Origin: Ginglymostoma cirratum | Lineage: Eukaryota | Direction of reading: 5' to 3' | NCBI GenBank assembly: GCA_024137785.1 | Contig: JAHRHZ010000110.1 | Span: forward strand, 558,001 to 622,000 | DNA length: 64,000 nucleotides | Notes under the pieces: generated by a model | Told to the model about the DNA's origin: nothing | Seen by the model: only the letters and a program-made list of their open reading frames with translations | Database searches by the model: none | Translations under genes and position numbers: made by a program | Part shown: positions 1-10,589 of the stretch, one piece after another | Layout of the letters: each line of letters begins with the position of its first letter | Numbering within the stretch: the first letter of the stretch is position 1

Positions 1-658
1 GAGTGAAATTTCAACTTCCACAACAGAGCTAGAGATCCCAGTCAGACAATACATCGAGGAACCAACATGGAAGAGAGGCTATGGAGTGAAATAGGAGGGC
101 AAGTGAGGGACATGAAATGTTGGAAAACAGCACATGGGAACGGGAGAAAGAGCTACAGCTGGAAGGCTCATTGTGGGACCTAATTGGTCAGATTCTTCTG
201 CCTGCTATTTGAATGGACCCACTCAACAATCCTGTTTTAACAATGCAACTCGCTTCAATTTGAAACGTTCACGAATGTTGCTATCACAAAATGATTCAAT
301 CATTCGCCAATTGAGAAACATCCTTGGTTTCTGGGTTACTGTCACTCCTTAGACCTTTGTAAATCTCAGTGGAAATACCTGAGTGCATCTCTGGTAGCAT
401 CAAGTGGAGGATGATTGAAATCTTGATTGAACAGCTCCTTCAGTCAGTATCAAGCCAGTTGGTCAGATTGATCCAAGTGCAACAAACCGCTCCACACCAT
501 CTTCTCAGGGGAAACTGGGAAGTTGTAATAAATGCTGAAGTACTCACATTCATGGGAAGAATTTTTAAAAAAGAGAGAAGCTCAAAGTTTCTTCAGATTC
601 ATTAATATTCTAATTCACTGTAAACACTAGTCATGATGATTTGAGCACCTGAACTTCT

Positions 659-720
659 TGTGGTCTTAGGCGGTGGATTTAGTCTCTGTTGTGTCAAGGC
701 TTCGCATACCAGCCCTACCA
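659..720 (+). pseudogene. Highly decayed tRNA-Leu relic
   Basis: TGGTCTTAGGCGGTGGATTTAG...CTACCA resembles Leu GGTCTAAGGCGCTGGATTTAG. Positional paralog of the clearer Leu relic at 27155-27234. Confidence 0.4.
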
Positions 721-930
721 GAGTCTCTTGTGATGTACCCTGCATGGGAGCTGGGCAACGCCAAACTGTGTCGACTTACCTTCTCGGTCTTTGCAGTTAC
801 TGAGACCTTTGTCAGTTTCGGTGATGAAAGTGGTAAAATGGGCAACAGGGACTGAAAACAGTGAGAGCTCCAGCTGTACACTTCCTTCTCAGATCACTGC
901 TTAGCGACCTTGCATGCCATGTTGGCTCCA

Positions 931-990
931 GTTTCTGTGTTTCAATTGGTTAGTGGCTGAAAAAAATGTGGCTCGATACCACCCACATAC
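931..990 (+). pseudogene. Internally deleted tRNA-Asn relic
   Basis: GTTTCTGTGTTTCAATTGGTTAG...GTGGCTCGATACCACCCA resembles the Asn-GTT 5' and 3' ends. Paralog at ~26880-26939 (-). Confidence 0.4.
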
Positions 991-2667
991 AGAACCTCAG
1001 TAATTTCAGATCCAACAATTTACCGACCACGTCCTTCCATTTCACCCACTAGAACTGTACGATGAGATTGGATTGAAACAGCGCCATCGATGATTCACCT
1101 CAGCTCCAGTCAGAGTGGGATAGGGACAATTAACACGCTATGAATCCGCACTCTCAATCAGGGAGTGGTGTGACCCTTCGATGTTTTAGTTATAAATTCT
1201 GTGTCTGACACCTCTCCCACTAACACCTGATGCAGATATAGTGCTTCAGTTGCTTTGAGTCAAACAATTAAGTCTCCAAGTCCTTCCATTTAACCCATGC
1301 AAAATCCAAGACAAGATTGAATTCAACACACGCTATCAAAGACTCTCTCTTCCTCTGCTCCACGCAGAGTGAGACAGAGATAAGGAGAGGGAGTTGACCT
1401 CTCTCTCCAATTTCCGGCTGCTATCAGAAAGCGGCCACTGCAACTTCAATCAGCGGCTTCCTGCCCATCCCTGGGACACAATTTACAGAAACCTATTCCT
1501 TCTGCATGTTTTTTCTCGTGTGAAAGAGGCCAAATAGCTTTTGTTAAATTTTGCAACGACTGCAACAGCTCTCCTAGTCATCAGAAGCTTTTTGACCAAA
1601 TCCCTATCTCCAAATTAGAAGCGGCAAGATTTTGTGATGAGAACAGTGATATAAAATCGAATTCTGTTCACATTTAACAACAAGTGGGAAAAACACACCT
1701 TGTTTGAATAATGATGGAGCAGTGCTGTGAGGCGAATGTAGTAACCACTACTCTGCAGAAAAACAGCAGGCCCAGCGACCTATTTTACATTGTCTTTGTC
1801 TATTATGCACAGTCTATCCAGTCATCAATGACATTGCAATTTCTAATGCATGAGACCCTCTCTCAGAGGACACCCAAGCCTGTAGTGTTGGGTCTGTAGT
1901 TTGGTGATTAACCGAATGGCCGTGAGTTCATTTCTTTCTGGGGCCTGCGAGAATTGTCACCACCTGCTGCATCCAACATCCAAAGGAGATACTTAAATGT
2001 CGTTTGAAATTATTTCTGATACAACAGTATTAACACCACCATATCATTTCTCCCACCGTCCAGAAAAGCATTTGAAATGCCACATGTCTGTTTGACCTTC
2101 CAGATATTTATGAAAGATCTTTCAGAACCAGCTGATGTGAGCAATTTTCCAGTTTTGCAGGAAGACTGAGGTGGAGCTGTATAAACTGTAGAGTCTTCCC
2201 GGAAAAAATGGGGCAGTAACACAGACAGTGGAGCGGCCGAATGATTCCTTTCTTTGCTGTAAACAGACTATGCTTTTGAAGACTGAAATGGAACAATATA
2301 AGCCAGGTGGGTGAACCCCTTGCTTTCCGAGGGTTGGTCTCTACTGGGACTTCGTCTCTTCTAAGGCCTCTGTCACTAGCGGGGGAATGTGTCTGATTGC
2401 TTCCTTTTGTGGGTGAAAATGAGGTTCAGTTCCCTAAGGTGGACATGAACAATTTTACCATCTGAAACTTCAATCCCATTTATTGTGTCTTTTGACGTTA
2501 AAACATCACAGGTAAAATATAATGGACATGAACACTTGAAACATCAGGGCACACAAGGCCAATGTAAACACTGGGCGCATAAAAGCTCGATGATTCGATC
2601 ACTTTGCAAGAGAAAAGAAATTCAAAGGCTGCATCATCAAGTAATAATGCGTGTGCTTCTGTCCTCA

Positions 2668-2739
2668 TTCATGGTGGTCAAGTGGTTAGGATTTGGCACT
2701 TTCACCTCTGCGGACTGATTGTGATTCCTGATTAAGGAA
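2668..2739 (+). pseudogene. tRNA-Glu(TTC) pseudogene
   Basis: 72 nt colinear with vertebrate Glu-TTC (TGGTGGTCAAGTGGTTAGGATTTGGCACTTTCACC). B-box destroyed. Confidence 0.8.
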
Positions 2740-3239
2740 TCAAGATTGATTGTTCCTGACATGGACAATAGGCAAGGTAAAGCAGTTCTGACCGGAAGAC
2801 TTTCGGATCAAGTAATGTCCCCGAGAACATGAGAGTCAATGCACCAGCCTCTTAAAGAATGGAATGGTGCCTGAACTCTCTCTATTCAGTCAGACAGTTC
2901 ACCGTCCATTCTCCTCTGATTCTATTTCCCAAATAGATTCTGAACATTCTTGAAACTGAGACTGGGCAATTTGTTTTGTTTCCATGTCATTCCCTCGACC
3001 AGCAGTGATTGGGCCAATGGTTTTTGGAAACTGAAATGTACCCATGAGCAGCTTGTGGGACTATTCCAGCTTCCCTTTCTCTGACGAAGCCTGGGACATT
3101 GATTGTTGACATGTCACTGGTGACATTCACTGAGAGGAGACAATGAAAGCTCTATTTCCTGCAGAAATCAAATGTCACCGTGGCCTCAGAGAAGTGAGAA
3201 AGATTAGTTTGGAGGTGTAATATATTTGTATGCTGCACT

Positions 3240-3312
3240 GGAACCAGATAGGAGCCAAACCTACAATCCTCTGCTCTGTAATCAGGCACGTTATACATTG
3301 CACTCCTGGACC
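3240..3312 (-). pseudogene. tRNA-Arg(ACG-derived) pseudogene, anticodon now ACA
   Basis: Reverse complement GGTCCAGGAGTGCAATGTATAACGTGCCTGATTACAGAGCAGAGGATTGTAGGTTTGGCTCCTATCTGGTTCC, 73 nt, colinear with Arg-ACG. Confidence 0.7.
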
Positions 3313-4439
3313 GTTGTGTGCTTTCCCCTTACATGCTATAGTCATGATGTTAACACAGATACAAGTTGCAATGGTAACAATCGAAAGGTGAACAGCCAGC
3401 AAAGATAATCACAGTCACTGCTCCACTTTAGCAGCACCGACTTTGTGAAGCTGTGAGTTTCGTTGGCAAAGGAATCATACTTGTCCCCAGGGAAGTGCCA
3501 TTCACCTTATCGAGTCTGCTCAGCCACTCAATGAGATCACCACTGTTCTTATAAATCTCAACTCCACATTCCTGCTTTTTCTCCACAATGTGAGATAAAC
3601 TCGAGCCTACTCACGACACTGTATGCCCTGTTATTTTTCGGTAGTTTAGATTACTTTAATGACCTGTGCGTATTTACAGGAAATTGAACAATATGAAACG
3701 AGCTGAAAAGCTCAACTTATATCTTCGCAGTTAGGCCACTGAGTTTGTCTGGTTGCGGGCTCGGGAATTGGAATTATGTAATCGTCTGCAGCAGTGGTTA
3801 CTTCCCTTTGTGAGAGAACTCGTGAAGTAACAGATGTAAACCTTGAATGAGGAATTATATCCAAGGTCGTAGCCCACAAAAACTATATTATTTCCACCTG
3901 AATATAATTTACATTTACCAAGTGAAAATAAGAAAAAATGTTTTCATTTTGAGACATAACAAATGTGATACAACCACTCAGCCCATAGAGCCTGCATTCG
4001 CCATTCAATGAAATCATGGGCGACCTCCTACTTCAATGTCATTTTCCAGCGCTATCCCGTGAATTTTTGATGCTTTTAATCGAAAGGAATCTGTCAATCT
4101 CAGTTTTGTACAGTCTGAATGCTGGGCATTCACATCCTCCAAGGCCCTGAATTCCATTGACTTTCTCCACTCATTTCATTCTGCCATTTGGCAAGAATTT
4201 CTGTTGTGTTTCTGGTGCTCCTCCTGGCCCCTCCAGCACTGTGCTTATTTTGCTTTTCCTCGGGGATCGTTGTGAAGCTTCGTGGTCAGTACTCGAAATT
4301 GTAGCCACAGCAACCTTGGCTCAAATCCGAATCACAGTAGTGTTTATTGACCCCGTTTTCTTTTTTCTTAATATGTGCAATATTAATTCAGTAGAGGATC
4401 AATTACTATTGCAAGAAGGCATACAGAGGCGTGTGAAAT

Positions 4440-4680
4440 ACTGAGGTTGTGCTGACATTTGTTCAATGGTTATAGATTACCTTGATTGAGCAGATAAGGG
4501 TGTGGAATCTGTTTGGGTTGAGATGAGGAATAGTGAGGGAAAGAAGTCAGCAGTGCATGTAGTTTACAAGCCCACTAACAGAATACACAATATGAAACAA
4601 AACGTATAAGATAATGATATTGTGTGTGAGAGATAAAGGGATGGCAATAATCAGAGGTGACCTTAATTTCTCCACTCCCA
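4440..4680 (+). mobile_element. CR1 LINE fragment (AP endonuclease region)
   Basis: Translates to VESVWVEMRNSEGKKS..VYKP and IIRGDLNF, typical CR1 ORF2 APE motifs. Confidence 0.65.
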
Positions 4681-4726
4681 CTTCCGGCTCTGTTGCAAAT
4701 AAAGTTTGCAGAACCATAAACAATAT

Positions 4727-5086
4727 ATCAAATATGTCTTTTCGAACAACATTAGACACATCTTGGTTTTCGATTAATTTACAGACTACTTAGTTTCAAT
4801 CTTTTCCTGGGAAAACATCACTTTCATTGTGAGCATCAGGAAAGGAGACCATTAATTTGCCAAAAATTAAATATCATTAACCTTTGTTTGCTTCATGCAC
4901 AATAACATCAAATATGTCTTTTCGAACAACATTAGACACATCTTGATTTTCGATTAATTTACAGACTACTGAGTTTCAGTCTTTTCCTGGGAAACCATCA
5001 CTTTCATTGTGAGCGTCAGGAAAGGAGACCATTAATTTGCCAAAAATAAAATATTATTAACCTTTGTTTGTTTCATGCACAATAAC
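4727..5086. repeat. 180-bp tandem duplication (2 copies)
   Basis: 4727-4906 and 4907-5086 align without gaps; 8 substitutions counted by eye. Confidence 0.95.
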
Positions 5087-5149
5087 ACTCAGATTCCTCT
5101 GCACAATACCTTTTTTTTGATGCTTCTCTAGATTTTAATAGTAGCCTTC

Positions 5150-6010
5150 TTTTTCACTCTTTCTAGCGAGATACATGACCTCACACTCCCGGCATGAAAC
5201 TGCATATGCCAAGGTTTTGACCACTCACTCAACCGATCTGTTTCCCTTTGCAGATTCCAAAGTCGTCTTCATAACATGCCCTCCTAACTATTTTGTATCT
5301 TCTGCAAAATTGGATACATTATGTTCTGCTATTTCCTCCAAATCATTAATATAAAGATAAATAATTGCAACCCTCTAACTCACCATTCTGGCACTCCACA
5401 AATTACATCTTTCCAACTCGAAAAATATCCATTAATCCCGATACTGACTCATCCATTATTGAAACAATATGCAGCCCATGCTCATTTAGACTCTCAACTC
5501 CTACCTTGTGCAGTGACCTTTTATATGGCCGCTTATTGAGTGCCTTCTAAAAGTTCAAATGCACTTCACCCACTGGCTCCTTTAACAACTGTGCGTGGAA
5601 TATTACGGAAGATCTCCAGCAAAATTGTCAAATGTGATCCGCCTTTCAACAAACGTTGTTGACTCAGTTTGACTGTAATAACCTTTTCTAAACTTCCCCT
5701 ATTTCTTCCATTACAATGGTCTCAAGCATTTTTCAAATGACAGGTAATACATTGAAGCATACGGAAGTTATTTGGCCCATCAGGTCAAATACATCTTTAA
5801 ATGAGATCATAGCAGATTTGATAATCCTCCACTCCACTTTTCTGCCTTATCACTTTGGTCCTCGAATCCCTAAATGACTAAATCTCTGCCTGTCTCAGCC
5901 GTGAACACACAACACTCTGTTGGAAGAATTCCACAGATTTGTTCTCCTCTGAGCGGGACAACATCCTCCTCATCTCTGTCTTAATAGACAACCCCTTCCC
6001 TTACGCACCT
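5150..6010 (-). mobile_element. Old CR1 LINE fragments (RT region and 3' UTR)
   Basis: Degenerate antisense CR1 RT and 3' end motifs similar to the intact element at 58335-59160. Confidence 0.5.
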
Positions 6011-6303
6011 GGGTGTAAATCAGGGCACAGAAAACCCCTAATGTTAAGTATGAACTGGTGGCTTATCCAGCAACAATTGTGAGTATTTGAAACATTTTCA
6101 TTTTTAACCTTTGGTTAAACAAACTGCCCTGATTTGCACATTGGATTGGCCAATTACGAATCTGCTTCAAAAACACTTCAGTAGATGTGATTTAGATGGT
6201 GGTGAAAGGTGTTTTCAAAATACAAAGACCTCTTTCTTTCTAGATCCATTGACCTGACTCCTGATCTCTCTGCTCATGGAAATCGATCCTTCCCATTCAG
6301 TCA

Positions 6304-6830
6304 GAGATATAAAGAACTGCCGATGCTGGAATCAGCGATAACACAGTGTGGAGCTGGAAGAGCACAGCAAACATACAGCATCAGAGAATCTGGAAAGTTG
6401 ACGTTTCGGTCGGGACTCATCTTCGAGAATGGGGGAGGGTGAAGGGAGCTCTGAAATAAATAGAGAGGAGGGTGGGGCTGGGATGGTGATAGGTGAATGG
6501 CCTGTGATAGGCCTTGGGAGCAGACAATCCATTGGTCTCATTGTGGACTTTAACAGTTTCAAAATCTTCCCACCCTGGCCTCATCCCATGACCAACCCTT
6601 CCTCTCAGCCCACCTCCTTGACCTGACACAACCTGTCCATCTTCTCTCCCACATTTCCGCTTCTCCCACCTCACTGACCAATCTCCACCATTGCCTACCT
6701 CCACTCACCTATCACCATTCCACCGACCTTCCCCAGCCTCACCCCTCCTCTTGATTTATTTCAGACCTCCCTTCACCCTCCCCCATTTCTGAATGCTTCC
6801 CGACCTACTGTGTTCCTCCAGCTCCATTCT
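6304..6830. mobile_element. Penelope-like element 3' remnant with an inverted terminal copy
   Basis: 6304-6500 is the reverse complement of ~6700-6830. The middle encodes LGSRQSIGLIVDFNSF, resembling the C-terminus of the PLE GIY-YIG ORF. Decayed hammerhead-like GAAACGTC on the minus strand at ~6400-6428. Confidence 0.65.
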
Positions 6831-7081
6831 GTTAACAATGAAAACATTCCTAACGTTTGGCTGAAATCAATGTTGAAACAGGGAGTAGTCCGAAAGCATC
6901 ATAGGTACACTCTAGTTCTCGAAAATGTAGTTCAATGCAATCTCCCAGCATCCTCCTCCATTCTGATCAAAGAAAACGCGACAAGCAATACAAGAATAGT
7001 GGCACGGTCAAGATAAACCGAATGCTCATCTTTCCTATTTTAACCATTCCATGAGAAATATTAAACAAGACCGTTACCACT

Positions 7082-7163
7082 GTAGTCGGGGCCGACTGGT
7101 TAAGGTGATGGATTAGAAATCCTTTGGCGTTTCCCCATGCAGAGTCGAGTCCTGCCCAGCTCG
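7082..7163 (+). tRNA. tRNA-Ser(AGA), degenerate, probable pseudogene
   Basis: 82 nt colinear with vertebrate Ser-AGA (GTAGTCG...GGTTAAGGTGATGGATTAGAAATCC). T-loop and acceptor 3' strand mutated. Confidence 0.8.
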
Positions 7164-7450
7164 TTCAGCTTCGAGCTTGCTCAGCTTCGTTCAATGACTT
7201 CCTGAGGGGTAAGCTATCTCCCAAGCACTGGGAAAATCCTTCTCATGAACACACTTCAAATTCTGGTCATTTGTTGGCCTTCATGAAACATGAGTTCTGA
7301 ATAAGAATGCTGCCATGCTCAAAACCTTGCCTCTTCCTCTCTTTCAACAGATACCACTCAATATGTTTAGTTTCTGCAGTATTCTCTGAGTTTAATCTAC
7401 ACAAATGATCTTGCTTGAAATATCTTGAATCCCAGTCCCGTGGTAACTGA

Positions 7451-7650
7451 GATAATAGGTACTGCAGATGCTGGAGAATCCGAGATAACAAGGTGTGGAG
7501 CTGGATAAACACAGCAGGCCGAGCAGGAAAGCTTGACGTTTCGGGCCTGGACCCTTCATCTGATGAAGGGTCTCGGCCCGAAGCATCAAGCTTTCCTGCT
7601 CCTATGATGCTGCTTGGCCTGCTGTGTTCATCCAGCTCCACACCTTTTTA
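7451..7650. mobile_element. Palindromic PLE-derived mini-element with hammerhead-like cores and TSD
   Basis: Inverted arms meet at CCCTTCATC/TGATGAAGGG (~7560). Flanking 14-bp near-direct repeats at 7437-7450 and 7651-7664 (2 mismatches). Confidence 0.75.
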
Positions 7651-8421
7651 CCCCTAGTAACTGACCCTGCTCACTGGCTACAGTTTCTCCCGACATCATC
7701 CCACTCATCCCCACCGCTCCCTCCCCCACTGTGATAAACAGCCCCAGGAAATCTTCACTTAAACCTCTTTGCTCCAAAAAGGAACACTTCCGGCGTCGGG
7801 AATCCCTTCATTGAACGGGATTTCCTCATCCCTGGACATGTTGCATGGTGGAGCATTGTAAAAATATTTTGGGAAAATATTGTCAGTTGGTGGGGGACGG
7901 GTAGCGGGAATGTTAGGGAAGAAAAACAGAAAACCTTGACTCCAACTTTGCGAATATTTAGAAACGCTTGGGAACCGGAATCACAGGAGATTGAAGGGTG
8001 AACTTTCCGACTGAACACAAACAGTCTAGACACCAACCCCTTCTTTAAGGGTTCAGGACATTGACTCTGATGTTCTCGGGACATGAACTGACCTGAGACA
8101 TTGAAAGAATTCTCCTTCCTGCATATCAAGGATTCAAAACTTCATCTCGGCTCCGAGACAATGAGAGAACTCGGGAATAGACAAGACACTGAAAGGCTCG
8201 AAGGGAGACGGCCCCAGATGTAAGAGAGCGGTTCCAGGTGACGTAGATGTGTCTGCGGCGGGTAGGATCAGACTCTCCCCATGTCTCCAAAATGAATATG
8301 GCAGGCTTCATTTCGGAAAAGTAAAACTGATTGAGAACAATTGTCATTCCAAGAGAGGCAGGCCGAAGCTTGAATTCACCAAGAGCCTACTTTAAGGGAT
8401 CGTGCAAGTTACTGTTCGTTA

Positions 8422-8495
8422 ATCTCTGAGACGTAAGTGGTCAGCATATTCGGCTATTAAGTGAGAAGTCGACCATTCGAGGCCACATACGAAAG
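8422..8495 (+). pseudogene. Decayed tRNA-Asn relic
   Basis: 74 nt colinear with Asn-GTT (TCTCTG...GGTCAGCATATTCGGCTATTAA...TTCGAGGCCAC). Confidence 0.55.
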
Positions 8496-8951
8496 AACGA
8501 TTAAAGTTTTCTTTGCAACGCAGTTCCGGGTTTTTAATACTGTTAGGAAAGTACTCCTCAAATGGAAATCTTATCCAGTTAGTAACCACAAAGGTGTCTC
8601 AATGTTGCTTTAATGTCTAATGTAGAGAGCTGCGGATGTTGGTAATCTGTAACAAAAACAGATATTGCTGGAGAAACTCAACATGTTTGGCAGTACCTGT
8701 GGGAGAAAACAGAGTTCAGAAACATTGACTCTGATTCTCTGCCAGATCTGCTGAGCTTTTCTTGAAATTTATGCTGTTGTGTTCAAATGGATATTTATCC
8801 CATCTATTGGGTTGACACAGCCAGACTCATTATGCACTGAATTTAATCCTTGAGAAATGAGAGAAGTGGTTGGATTCAAACAAACCTAGCAATGATTCAG
8901 TCTTCCTCAGCCCCACAGGTAGAAAGACCTAGAAAGGAGAGGCGCGGAAAA

Positions 8952-9016
8952 GATTAAGGCAATAGCCGTGAAATCCATTGGGGTGTTCTGTGTAAGTTCG
9001 CATCCTGCCGACTACA
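8952..9016 (+). pseudogene. 5'-decayed tRNA-Ser(TGA) relic
   Basis: TTAAGGCAAT...TGAAATCCATTGGGGT...GTTCGCATCCTGCCGACTAC matches the Ser 3' two-thirds. Paralog of 57916-57998. Confidence 0.7.
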
Positions 9017-10517
9017 TTTGATTGCTTCAGGCAAGTAAGAAAGGAGTTTGGTCCCCGTCTTCTTGTTTGCGCAGGTAATCACAGGAGGTGGGGGACAAAA
9101 CCATTTCACTCAAATCGCCAACGGAAGGAATATGCATTTCGCCGCCTCTCAGAACAGAACCAGCAGAAACTCTCGTGTGCATCCCGACCTGAATAAAATT
9201 TCCAGTTCCTCTGATGCTGCCTGTCCTGCTGTGTTCCTCCAGCTCCCCCGACTGTGTTATCTCTGACTCTAGCATCTGCAGTTCTCACTGAATCATTTAG
9301 GTGGACATTTGCATTGCTTATCTTGTTGAGGCTATAAGCCAAGTGCTGGGCAGTGAAACTGGAACAGTCAGGGGCTGGAGTTCATCTGGCACAGACATGA
9401 TGAGCTGAATTGTCGTTTTCTTTGCTGGAGACCTCGATGGCCAGCTGTGGTCAGTTCAGCTGTGAAGTGATAGGACAACGTTTTCAAAATGCACCGGAGC
9501 GAGGAAGGGGTCAAACCGATTGCCCCCTGATCTGGCTGTCAGACACATTATCCACTGGGATTGGGGATAACTGGCTCTATGCATATTCCTGGAATCAGTA
9601 ACTGGGAGAATCAGGAAAATGCAATGCTGATGTCTCTATGCCCAGCAGTGTGCAAACCCATCGCTTCTCTCTCCCTTCCTTGTGCCTTACTTTCCCTGGA
9701 CCTGCTGTCAAGGTAAAGATTGACTTCACAATCTGCCTGTGTTTGTACCAAGCATCTCATTGACCTTGGAGCTGTGCTGTCAGAGACAGCTAGAGGTGAG
9801 ACACGGACACAGGCAGGAAGAGATGCGACATGAAAGTCTTTAGAGTCTGTCGTGTGTCAGTTGCTTTTAGTGAGGAATTTCTGCCGGGCGCTGTCCTGTC
9901 AGATTCCCAGGAGCTGCAGTAATTGGTTTGATGAGTTTTCGAAATGGAAAGTTGCACGTGAGCAGCCTGTGGGACTATTTCAGCTCAACTGTCCATTTTA
10001 TATCCCAGCTCATGGAAATGGTTCTCATTGTTGGGAGAAGTCACTTGTGATTCACCTAAGGCTGCCTTTTGTCGCAGGAACCTTTGTGTGGGGACGGAGA
10101 ACGGACGTGAAGGTCATCGAGCGGGTATAATCCTATGGTCTCTGTCACTCTCGGGGATGTGTCTGTGTGTTGCCCTCTGTGGGTGAAAATGAAGATGAGT
10201 TCTTCAAGGAGGGATTGACATAGTTTTACCATCTCAAACTATAGTCCCATTTGTTGTGTTATGTGAGATCACAGAGATAAACTCATTGACATTTGCCTTG
10301 TAAAGTCAGAGCACACAAGGCTATGAACCAAATGGTGGAAACTAGGACGAGAATGGATGGGTTTTGATGACCTGCACTGAAACGGTGGGCCGAATGGTCG
10401 TCTTTCACGCTGTAAAATGAAAATCTTAGGTGGAGAAACCGATCTGCAGCGAAAGTGATCACACATGAAAAAGCAAAAGCAGGTCACTAAGGAAAGACAC
10501 AACCTTTTTGGTCTTGT

Positions 10518-10589
10518 TCCCTGATGGTCCAGTGGTTAGGATTTGACAATTTCACCGCCGCGGCCCAAGAGCAATTCCCCGTAAGGGAA
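10518..10589 (+). pseudogene. tRNA-Glu(TTC) pseudogene
   Basis: TCCCTGATGGTCCAGTGGTTAGGATT...TTTCACCGCCGCGGCCC...AAGGGAA, 72 nt. B-box lost. Confidence 0.85.

Larger units (their letters stand above)
405..3630 (+). repeat. Segmental duplication arm A1 (inverted copy at ~24510-27515)
   Basis: Colinear reverse-complement similarity throughout (e.g. 440-560 vs 27360-27490, 2830-2900 vs 25215-25290). Same relic order Leu-Asn-Glu-Arg. Confidence 0.85.

Noticed and set aside
369-605. ORF whose peptide resembles ORF 27286-27498 (QLVRLIQ.QQTAPHHLLRGNWEVV)
   Set aside because: Explained by the inverted DNA duplication; no recognisable domain or splice structure.
1875-1946. Possible tRNA-Thr 3' half (GTGAGTTCA..CTGGGGCCT)
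   Set aside because: No recognisable 5' half; too degenerate to call.
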